A stretch of DNA of 64,000 nucleotides from Balanoglossus misakiensis. Its lineage: Eukaryota > Animalia > Hemichordata. The stretch covers positions 2,896,831-2,960,830 of the forward strand of contig CM082578.2 in NCBI GenBank assembly GCA_040954595.2. Direction: 5' to 3'. Position numbers and translations under genes: made by a program. Shown here piece by piece: positions 53,626-64,000 of the stretch. Position 1 is the first letter of the stretch. Every line of letters starts with the position of its first letter. A model generated the notes under the pieces. It worked only from the letters and a program-made list of their open reading frames with translations, did not search any database and was not told the origin of the DNA.

Positions 53626-55152
53626 ATAGCATGGACACTTCAACTCAGGGGAACTCCTGGAGGCTTGGTCGGCACACATAATGACTGAGTGTATGAAGAA
53701 ACAGTACAGCAGACTGTGGGTTGGTTTTATATGAGTAAAATTGCTAGAAATAAACATTCACAAATTGAAATATGCCAAGTAGTAGAAAAGACATAAGATG
53801 AGCTGAAGTATTATTCTGTACCACCAGAATATCTTTTTCGAAGACAAATGTCTAAATGTTTTTTTCATGCATGTGAACTGAGTTTGTTTGCTTAGTGGGT
53901 TTGAATAAATGAACGTACAGGCCTGCACAAGCATTGATTGGTGTTTTGATCCTTTTCTTACATGCCAATTATGAAACAATTTTCATTACTTGAATTACTT
54001 TAAATCCAGGTTTCTTCATCCCGCTAATTTTAGTACAAAAGTTTGCAAAATATTCACATGGTCCTGCTAAGGTATTTCAACAATATTTTATTTGTAAAAC
54101 AAAAAGGAAATAATTTTTCTATTTTACACGATTGATTGTCAAAGCAAAAGATATATGGAATGAACACACACACACACACACATATACAATGTAACTACTG
54201 ATAGTGGATGTGGGATATATAACCATCCGGACGTCGTTTATTGTACAGCCCATTGGCTACCTCCTTGGGCGATACCATTACTCTTAGGGTTGCCGAGACT
54301 TATGTTTCACTGAAGGTCTGTTCCTGCGAGAAGTGAACAATTTAGCACAGAAACAAAAAGCTCACGTTCTTGCAGAAACATAATGGTGAGTTTGACACCC
54401 TAAACTGAGTTACAATGGCAAAACAAATTTTGACTGAACAAACCCCCTGATAGTATGTGAAATATCCCATGATTCATTCTCTACATGTGTAGAGAAAATT
54501 GTAGACCACTAATACAAATGTTGAGATCGTACTTTTATGGTGAATCATATTGTCAATTACCATTTCAAATGATTTTAAAAAAATCATGCATTATTGAGAG
54601 AGGAGATACGAATTTTATAAAATAATCAAGCAATTGCATAGCCAGCTATATAACAAAGTTTGAAACACTTGAAACACCTGTTTATTCAAACAAAAAGATT
54701 TTTTTTTTCTATTGACAGAACAATGGAAATTTACATGTTAACTTTCAACAGAGACTGGTCACCTCAGTTAGTCATTGCTTGTTTCCTCCAAAGTGTGCCA
54801 TTTGCAGTACATGGATACTTTGATTCCTGTGGCTTTCAAATTTTGATTTTGAAATTTTCACTCTAATTCCTCAACATACTTTTCCTAGATAAAACACATT
54901 TATATGTACTTCATATCATTGTTAGTATCTAAAACAGAAAAAGTTATTAAATGGGCAACCTCGATGATAAAAATCATGGAGAATTGTGGGTAAAATATCT
55001 TACTGTGCCTCTCGGCCACCTCAAAGTAATGGTATCGTCCAAAGGGGTAGCACTTGGGCCGTACAATAAACAAGGTCCACCATCCAACTGGAGCTTGCAA
55101 AATATGGCATATAGACAATATAAAAAACAGGAATAAAACATGTTCCCTGGTG

Positions 55153-55515
55153 TTAATCCTGGATCTGTCCATCCCAATAACCAACATAAACAATGTTGGG
55201 GCTGGGAAACCGTCGCCGAATTGCCCAAACGCAACACAAGGGAACAACACGACGGTTCCCAGCACCCAACCTCCCATGTTGCCGATATATGTACTGTCGA
55301 TAGGCATATTGTCTAAAACAGGCATTGTCTCTCCTAGGTTGATCTGCATACACATCTGCTGCCCACCGCATGGCCACCTCTAAAACATTTGCATCCATAA
55401 CCAAGTGGGAAAACAAATGTGTGTTCGTAATGCAGCCTTGGTTGCGACGAGTGGAACAACATTTCTTCTCCCGCTGTGCTGGCACTGACCACACTTGCAC
55501 CAGGGAAGACTGGTG
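55153..55515 (-). pseudogene. KolX (P2X7 C-terminal-like) last exon, cut by the RAG-like element
   Basis: SLPWCKCGQC..EKKCC...CIT...FRQYAYRQY...RLGAGNRRVVPLCCVWAIRRRFP. Similarity to copy 1 stops at 55515. Confidence 0.75.
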
Positions 55516-55557
55516 CACATCGCATTCTCTGTTAGAAATTTGCTCGTTCAATTACGC

Positions 55558-55815
55558 GCGCATGCGCCAACTTTCAGCCAATCAGAGTTTGTAATTTTAG
55601 CTTGAAATGTGTAGCGCCACCATCAGTGAAAATTAAATACCTTTAACGGTTCTACCCTTTCGTGTGACCACTCTATCTGATATTTGCTCCCATAAACCCC
55701 TATGAATGACTACTGAGCATGTGCAGAGCATACTACCAGTAACTAGGGTAAAAGTCATCTACCATAAGTCGAAATCGGGCCGAAAACGGCCGTCTACTTC
55801 AACATCGAGGTAAGT
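55558..55815 (+). promoter_or_regulatory. Putative RAG1L promoter and non-coding first exon
   Basis: GCGCATGCGC (NRF1-like) at 55558, AGCCAATCAG CCAAT box at about 55577, strong donor GAG|GTAAGT at 55810, acceptor TTTCAG at 56038. Confidence 0.4.
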
Positions 55816-56039
55816 TTTTTCGATTTTTTCAAATGTCTTCTAAAACGATCTTTTTTGACGCAAAAATTGTCGTAAGATAAAGACTGTGTAACTGATCGGC
55901 CGCATTTTTTAGTGGAAACCTATTATTTTTCTGTCAAAGACCGTGCCTCATTGCATCCAGGAAAACAAAGCATAACACGATCGAACAGCTGTTTTTCAAT
56001 GGCCGCGATTTTGAATGTCATGCTGTTTTTGTTTTCAGA

Positions 56040-59000
56040 ATTTCAGATAATTACAAATGTAAAATAGCCAATAGGTGTAGGATATATGCCCGATCCCGTA
56101 GTAGTAGTGATACTGAAACTTTTAGAGAGGCAGTACAGTATACCACGGAGATCAACGACCTCTTCCAGGTGAACATTAGTGTAGACATCCCAGACGTCCA
56201 CCCGAGAATAGTTTGCCCCCAACTGTAGGAAGGTTTTGAGTAGGTTTAGGAAAGAGGGCCCTGATAATTTCTGTACCAGCCTGAAGTGTGTAGTTTTCAA
56301 GCCACACCATGATAATTGCCAGCTGTGTTTTTATAAAGGTAGTTAAAAACTCTGTAGTATAGTTTAGAAGTTAGAGGTCATTGCCTCCATAGTATAGTCT
56401 TTTAGCAACTAACATATATAGGATAAAATATATACGACCATATCAGCTATAGTTTCATCAAGGCTTCTGTAGATGTTTACTATATACAAACAAGTCTGTG
56501 CTTCCAATATGAGAGCATTCATAGAAAGATGTTTATTGCATATTCAGTATGACAGTCTACATTTACTAATATTTTTCTCTTCATTTGTTTGCAGAGGGAA
56601 GTCTTGGAAGTACTATTGACCACTCATATGCAGTGACTGAAACTACAAAAAGAGATAGACCTCGTAAACGGAAAGGATGTTTTTTTGGCAGAAGGGAAAC
56701 AAAAGAAAAGTAAATGAGTCAGACATAGAGAATGAAAGGCAATGTGATTCAGATGAAAGTGAAAATCAAAAACTGAATGATACAAAATGTACAGAAGCAC
56801 TCGAATTAAATGATGGTTTAAATAAATTATTGAAACAACGTTTCGGTATTTTGAGTACTGTTGAATCCGTTGTGACTGACACAGGGTTTGAATTAGAAAG
56901 GTTTATTGATTATGATACCGCTAGTCTATTTAATTGTTCCATCTGCCGTTGTGTTTCTGGTCAGCCAGTGATAACGCACTGTAATCACATTTCATGTGCT
57001 ACTTGCATGTACCACTGGCTGTTAATGAACAAAACGGCAAACACGTGCCCAGTTTGTCATGAAATTATTGACTATGAAAATAATGACACAGATATTGTTC
57101 AAATTTGTCCGATATTTGCCTGATGTGTATAGGAATTTGAAATTGAAGTGTGTGTTTTGTTCTTCTCTCTTTAAAGTTTGTGATAATTTTAATCATGAAA
57201 ATGTCTGCTCTAAACAGGGAAGTGGTCAAGTACGGCATCGAGGCAAAAGTCGGAAAAAGTTACCACTTTTTGAAATCCCACCATATTATGCTCGTAGACG
57301 GGTACTTGAGATAGATAGAACTATTGATGATTTTTGCACTACAAATTTTGAAATCAAAAGAGATGTCCTTGTGTTCCTCTTGGCTAATCATTTACATGAA
57401 TCTGGTGAAAAAGAAAGGAAACAAGCTAGCTGATCTGTTCAAAGATAATTTACCAGATATTAACTGAATATGCTCACGTGCAGTACTGTGATAAGTTGAC
57501 AGAATAACAAGACTAGAAAAACCAGTGTTAAACCAATTTGGTTTATAGTGTATATGGTGTAACGGTTGTGTGTTGCACCATTGTGGAATGTAAACATGTT
57601 TGTGGAATTGTTGCCTTGTCAATTTTTGTAAGGGGTTATGAGTCATGTACCCCATCCTGAACTGCATAAAAAGATAAGTCTATGGAATTCTAAAACTCGT
57701 TGATCAAAAATGGCAAGAAATATACCAAAAAGTATGAATATTTCACCAGATTTCAACAAATCTGATTTCTGTTCATGCCTAAGAACCTCTTTAACAAGTT
57801 TCAATAAGGAAGACATTTTGGCAAACAACAGGTAACTCAGACAAATCTGACTGATATCACATATATGAATTCCCATTCAAAGTTTCCAATCAATTGGACT
57901 TGTGGTTTTACTGAAGACTATTTGGCCAAACCCTGCAGAATTCCCAAAAAATACAAGTATGCACATTTCTTTACAATTTGATCATATCTGACTGAGATCA
58001 CCCCTAGAAACCCAAATACAAAGTATCAAAACAATTGCACTTACAGTTTCACGGGATTTGATTTTTTGACAAAAACAGGAAATATTGCCCAAAAATGCAT
58101 TTTTGCAAATTTCACCACCGTTTGCACAAATGTGATTCAGGTAAGCCCTATGAACCTCCATACCAAGTTTCCAATCAATTGGACATGTAATTTCAGAGAA
58201 GAAATTTGTTTAACAAAACTGCAGAAAATTCCCCCAAAAATTCATAAAAAATAGCCAACACCAGATACTGACTCCACCTGAACAAAATCATACGAGGTCT
58301 TCCCATAGTACTTGCACACCAATGCACGCCAATTTTTAACTGAATCTGATCCGCTGTTATTAAGTTTTTCAATTTTGACTATTTGAACATTTTTCCAGTT
58401 AATACCAGTATGCATTTTTTCGCAAAAACAATTTCTATGTACACACTAAATATCAGTAGTTTCAAGTTTTTGATGTTGATGGACATACACATACATACAT
58501 CAATACATTTAGACGAAACTGATCCATTCGCAAAATACATAATTCTGTATGAGGCACACATACAGACATACATAGACGACGGACACCAACTTATGCTATA
58601 AGCTGACATTGATATACATGTTAGCCAAAAACCAAAATCAACCTCAAAATAGACATTAAAATATATTGCACCACCATGAGAAGACAAATTCATTCTTCGA
58701 CAAATTTTCTGGGGCGTCATTGATATAGCATGGCATATTGTCAAAGTACGTAGTCTCTGTGATAAGATTCCATACACACAAAATGGTAACCTTGGAAGTC
58801 CAGCTGACGTAGTTATGCAATGGCGTCTCGTGTATTCCGTCGCCAAAAAATCATCGTAAAATTGATAATCGGGGTCACAATTCAAGACGACTTTCTCTAA
58901 ATTCTTTATGAATGGATTAAATCGAAATCGAAATGTTGACGTATGACGTACGGAATGAGATCTGAACAGACATTCAATGTTATCATTCTCGCTCGATCAC

Positions 59001-61537
59001 ATATTGGGTAGGCCATCTAGCAATCGCTATATAGTATTGGCGATAACAGACTGTCTATAAATTCACAAAACGGATTTTACTGTTGAGTGTGATCAACCGT
59101 CACGTTATTTTTCTCTGAACAATAGACAAATAGAAAGCCTGGTGACATTTTGAGATTGACTGCGTGAGGACCACAATATGAATGAATCATTTACGGTTTG
59201 TCTTGATGAATGGGTCACGTCATAGTCATAACGCGGATTCGGCTGCACGCCAACTATCCGCCATATTGTCTCCACTAACTTACTCGTAAGTAGTTTCAAA
59301 CTTCATTTGAAAAGAGTATTCGTCTGACGGTCCTGTAGATTAACAATTTACGCTCTATGAAGCAACTAAACAACGTTAGCTTCCTTGTGGATTCACGTAG
59401 GGAAGTTATTCGTAACGACGGGTACAGCGTCTGAGCATGGACAGAACAACGGCAATATCGCCAGGAATGTCTCATTTCACAGCGCCCTCAAACAGTCGAT
59501 CTCCTCAAACTATCGTTTCCAATGGTCATATATGCGGCATTAACGAAAGCTCACATAGACAACCATGTAATAGAAAAATTAAAACTTAAATAACTTCATT
59601 AATATCAAAGCCACACCCACCAAAACCTTTTCAGTTCTTGCCATATGATATCTAAACCTGTGTACTAAATTTGGTTGAAATCGGTTCAGCGGTTCTTGAG
59701 ACACACACACACATACATACATACACACACACAGACATCGCTAAACCATAAGCTCACGTGATTTTCACGTGAGCTAAAAATGTGAACTAACTGTGGAAGA
59801 AAGTCCGGCAAGCAGAATTGATACACTTCAGACAAAAACTCAATATATTGAGCAATATTGCTTTTTGAAAAGTAAAGGTGTTTCTGCTGTTCAGCAGTCG
59901 ATTGATTCAACTAACAAACTTGAACGAGAGCTGATGCCAAGTAACGTTGAATTCTGGGTCCAAGGGATTGGGGGTACTGAAACCTACCATCATAAAGCAT
60001 CACTTAGTGTGGGGGACACTGAACCTTTGGATGCATGTGCTGCAATATCATTCAGTGTTGCTGATTTCACTGTCCCAAACATTCAAGGTTCTAGGTTTCC
60101 ATACAATCAGGCAATAGCAAAATCTCTTCAGGAGCTTGATGATGACATTGTTATGGGATTGCAAGCACATGGCATTGATGAAAATTTGATATTGGATACA
60201 ATAATAAAAGATGGAGAATATGGTCTTGGGGATGTAAAGGTTAAAAAATATGCATCAGATACAGCCCTTCCTGACAAAGCTTTGCGTTTTTCATTCTGTG
60301 TGTACAAAGCTAGTGTGTGTAGAGATGGGGAGTCTGTGGATGTGTTTCTAGAAGATAACCCCTCCTGTGTCAAAATAAATCGCCCAGACCCCACAGCCCT
60401 TGCTGACGAAAACTGGGGCAGTACATGTAGTGTCCTGTTCTCAGAAATAAATGCAGAAAGGTACTGGTTAAGGGGGAAAGTAATGAAAATAAAAGTTGGG
60501 GATACATATCGACATCACAAACTGCACTTCATGCACTCTATGGTTGATGAGAAACTGTCACAGGCTGAATCTGGACTGCAGGGTGCAGGTTCTGCATATA
60601 TGTGTGACCTATGTATAGCAATAAGGCGTGATGCAAAAACTAAAATGGGAACATTTACAATAAATCGGTCATATGACCAGCATGTTCAAATTGCTGAGTA
60701 CATAAAACAGAATCCTGATAATCTGTCAATAAGTGCACTTAAACAACTCAATCAAGGAGTGAAAACAATGCCTTTGTTTAGAGTTGAAACTCATGAAAAG
60801 TCAATTGATGCCACGCATGCAGATATAAATATTGCAAATTATGTCAAGAAAATAATTGTAAGAGAATTTGCAGGGGTGTCCAAATGGGAGGTATCTGATC
60901 AGAATGAAACTGTGAGAAATGCAGAGAAAAATGTAGACAGGCATTTAAAGTCCACCCTTGGAATTAATCCTCAGCTTATGATGCCAGGCAACTATGCCAG
61001 GCAGTTGTTTCACCCAGAGAACAAAGATGTTGTTGTAGCCCTCATTAGTAATGATGAGAGAAGAAATAATCTGGCTCTCTTCCTTGACAAGTTTAGATTT
61101 TGTTGTACAATCTACAGAGCCTCAAGAGAGTCTCTTTTGGGTCCCTTGAAGGAAGACGTCAAAATATACAAAAAAGCAGCAGTAGAAATGGGGTGTATAT
61201 TGAGGGATAATTTTTCTTATGTGCCTTTCAGTAATTATTTTCATAAAATCATTGAACATGTTCAGGAGTTGATAGAAGATCCAAGGGGACCTGGGTCACT
61301 TGGTGATTTGTCCAGTGAGTGTAATGAGGCTGGTAACAAGCTCTTTCGACTTTTGAGATGTCATCATAGCAGACGTAACTCCCAGTATGAAATCAGGCAT
61401 ATTATGTGTTTTCAGTGGTTGTACTGTAGCAAACGTTTGCACAGAGCAGCTACACATGCTAAGCTTGTGTACTCTTGTAGTGTTTGTGGTAGGGATGGGC
61501 ACACAAAAAAATATGTCCACTCACAAAGGGCAAGTGA
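56040..61537 (+). pseudogene. RAG1L: RAG1-like recombinase/transposase, full domain architecture, decayed
   Basis: CND 56040-56338 (Y-x7-CRIY, DIPDVHPRIVCPNC, FKPHHDNCQLC). Intron 56339-56594. RPRKRK basic patch. RING CSIC...CNHISCATC...CPVC. ZnF CVFC...HENVC. NBD-like GKSRKKLPL...ARRRV. Core ORF 59793-61568: RFPYNQAI, KDGEYGLGDV, LPDKALRFSF, ADEN, VDEK...GSAYMCDLC, HADI, MMPGNYAR, NYFHKIIEH, SECNEAGNKLFR. CTT CSVCGRDGHTKK(I)C. Several 1-nt frameshifts. Confidence 0.92.
57420..59780 (-). mobile_element. Helentron-like (HINE) insertion(s) splitting RAG1L between the NBD and the dimerization region
   Basis: Hairpin AGCTCACGTGA-TTT-TCACGTGAGCT at 59751-59775 next to an A-run and a (CA/TA) microsatellite. 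Matching GCTCACGTG at 57472. A second similar end near 58600-58630. The left boundary is uncertain (57420-57510). Confidence 0.65.
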
Positions 61538-61539
61538 AT

Positions 61540-62010
61540 TATGTATTGGGGGGGGGGTGTGTAAATAGTGAAATGTAGTGAATTTTTTGATAAAATCTCA
61601 TAAGTTATAGATAGGCAAGAACCATCCAGTGTACTGTTTGAAATCAATTTAAACACGGGTGATGTAGTTCAAAGTGATATGGGAAAGCATAATGCAATTT
61701 CTGGACATAAGATGGTTGAAATAGGAGAAAATATAATCATAACTGGAGGTTATCCTAAAAATCAACTTTTATTAACAAAAGAACATTGATTTTAAAAGAG
61801 AACATATGGGGTATACATGTATATACATGACAACCTCAAAGCAATTCACACAAACTCAAGTTACCATAATCATGCCAGTACTATTTTTGCATTTCTGTAT
61901 ACACAGTATGTGGTTCGACTGGTCTCATACAAAGTGCTCAATACCTCACCAGAGCAGAATAAAAATAGTAGCTGAAGAACAATAGGCACTATATAATCTC
62001 TACAATGTTG
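61540..62010 (+). pseudogene. Possible RAG2L 3' remnant (kelch blade plus degenerate PHD-like motif)
   Basis: 61604-61789 reads RQEPSSVLFEINLNTGDVVQSDMGKHNAISGHKMVEIGENIIITGGYPKNQLLL (kelch GH...hhhhGG). 61896-61937 reads CIHSMWFDWSHTKC (C...WxHxxC). Short and broken. Confidence 0.45.
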
Positions 62011-62299
62011 TTTCATTAGTCACTAGCACTGGGGTCACTCATAAGGAGACTAAACTATCAAAAATACAACGGGGAAGCCATGATTTTTAAACATACACAA
62101 GTGATGCAATGTTGATTAGGGTCACACTTACACATAACAATGTGTACCTTCTTATTCTAATTTGTTGTGTGCAGAGTTCCTACTCTTAATTGTTGCAAAA
62201 CTATCCCTTGTGTCTGTGTCCACATCAGGACACAAGTTCCTTTCTTTTATTGACTGTTCACATTTATCAACTCACATATTTCATATGTATGTATGTATT

Positions 62300-63960
62300 C
62301 CAAATGAATTCCAAATCTTGTAAACTTGACCCAATCCCGACTTCTTTGCTGAAAATGTGCCTTCCATATACATCAACACGTATCACAGACATAGTAAATA
62401 AGTCATTTATTTCTGGTGTTTTTCCACAGTGTCTAAAACATGCCATAGTTAGACCTTTACTGAAGAAGCCTGGATTGGATCAAGATAAATTGAAAAATTA
62501 TCGACCTGTATCAAATCTTTCGTTTATTGGTAAAGTCATTGAAAGGATAGCAGTAGATCAACTACATCATCATTTAAAAATGTCTCAGCTGTATTGCAAA
62601 TTTCAATCTGCTTATCGAGAATTCCATAGCACAGAAACGGCTTTGCTAAAGGTACATAACGACATTGTAATTTCTATCGATAGTCATTCAGAAGTGATTC
62701 TTGTTCTTTTAGACTTGAGTGCTGCGTTTGATACCATTGACCATGACATTCTTTTGAGGAGGTTGGAGACTCGCTTTGGCGTCAAAGAACAAGTACTGGA
62801 GTGGTTTGCGTCATACCTAAACGGACATACTCAGAGTGTAATGATTAATGGCGTCTCTTCTGAACCGCGTGAACTTTTATATGGAGTTCCACAAGGCAGT
62901 GTGTTGGGGCCGTTATTATTTACACTATATTGTGCGCCCCTTGAGGACATCATGGAAAAACACTTAATAAGCTCTATGATGTATGCTGATGATACACAAG
63001 TTTACTTAACCTGCAAGCGAGCAGATCATTCAAAGTTGCAGATTGAATCTTGCGTGGACGAGATTCGTAAATGGATGGCCGTGAACAAGCTTGTTTTAAA
63101 TGACACACTAAGACAGAATTAATTCATTGTCATTCGAAATTCAGACCCTTTACACCGCTACCCGAACTAAGTGTCGGTACAGACCTAATCACCCCTTCAG
63201 CCGTTGTCAGAGACCTTTGCTTTTATTTTGACAGTGATGTTTTAGCTCAAACTCAAATTATACAAGTCTGTAAGTCAGCCTCGTTTGTTTTAAATCGCAT
63301 AGGTCGTATCCGTAACGTTTTAGATAGAAAAACTACTGAAAGATTAATTCACGCCTTCATAACATCACTACTGTAATAGCTTGTACATTCATCTTCCCGA
63401 GTATCTCATTAACCGGTTACAACGCATACAGAACTCAGCTGCTCGTTTGGTAACTCGTACTAAAAAATCCGAACACATCACGCCGGTCCTTCAAGAGTTA
63501 CACTGGCTCCCTGTCATCCATCGAATATATTTCAAAGTTCTTATTCTTACATACAAATGTCTTTGTGGCCAAGCGCCAACCTATCTGTCAGATCTTCTTG
63601 TTGTTTTCAAGCCATGTAGATTGACGCGTTCTGCGAATGCCACAAAACTTGTTGAGCCTCGTTTTAACCAGGAGCATTATAGTAAAATAACTTTTTCGGC
63701 AGCTGCTCCCAGGCTATGGAATTCCCTTGACGCTTCAATTAGAAATGCACCTTCCCTGTCTTCTTTTAAATCCCAACTTAAAACCCATCTTTTTATGAAA
63801 GCATTCATACACTAATTCTTTTACATATTTTACAACTTTTATATACCCTTTTTAGCTTGTATTATTACTTAGTGTACTTTTTATCATGTTGTAAAGCTCA
63901 TTGAGATTTTATTCCATTATGTAATGCGCTATATAAGAAATAAATATTATTATTATTATT
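62300..63960 (+). mobile_element. 5'-truncated L2-clade LINE
   Basis: KSCKLDPIPT, NYRPVSNL, LDLSAAFDTIDH, GVPQGSVLGPLLF, YADDTQ, QNSAARLV, HITPVL..LHWLP. AATAAA and an (ATT)n tail near 63940-63960. Confidence 0.9.
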
Positions 63961-64000
63961 TCTCTATGTATAAAAACTGTTGTTCATGTTAAAGGAACAA

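Larger units (their letters stand above)
48741..55515 (+). mobile_element. Kolobok copy 2, left part; right end not in the window
   Basis: TTAA|AGGGCCAGACTCGTC with subterminal GCGACTGGG repeats. Exons are homologous to copy 1, and a convergent KolX is present. Confidence 0.65.
55516..62290 (+). mobile_element. RAG-like (ProtoRAG-type) transposon, left portion; right TIR not seen in the window
   Basis: Starts CACATCG (5 of 7 bases match the RSS heptamer CACAGTG) exactly where KolX homology breaks. Preceded by the GC-rich 5-mer TGGTG (candidate TSD). Contains RAG1L. The right coordinate only marks where the LINE begins. Confidence 0.7.

Noticed and set aside
62100-62290. Convergent minus-strand RAG2L end (DKCEQSIKERNLCPDV...)
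   Set aside because: Short open stretch with no kelch or PHD motif, so it cannot be supported.
61570-64000. Right TIR of the RAG-like element
   Set aside because: No CGATGTG followed by TGGTG was seen. It is probably beyond the window.

Overview
An AT-rich eukaryotic window with spliceosomal introns, probably from a marine invertebrate (inference). It consists almost entirely of nested transposable elements, and no host housekeeping gene was recognised. Main contents: (1) the left part of a decayed RAG-like (ProtoRAG-type) transposon, with a CACATCG terminus at 55516, a full-architecture RAG1L pseudogene (CND-RING-ZnF-NBD-core-CTT, about 56040-61537) and a same-strand kelch/PHD-like remnant that may be RAG2L, all inserted into a Kolobok KolX gene; (2) an 11.7-kb P-superfamily element (16108-27792, 7-bp TSD) whose transposase has an RFX-type winged-helix N-terminus split by an AT-AC (U12) intron and which carries a convergent Pif1 helicase; (3) a complete Chapaev/N-RAG-TP element (8121-15234, 4-bp TSD) with a RAG1-like N-terminus; (4) two related Kolobok copies and a third Kolobok fragment, a Harbinger gene split by about 34.5 kb of insertions, a Gypsy LTR element, an Academ derivative, two LINE fragments, Helentron-like elements and many MITEs. 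All calls come from manual reading and motif recognition; no database search was run.
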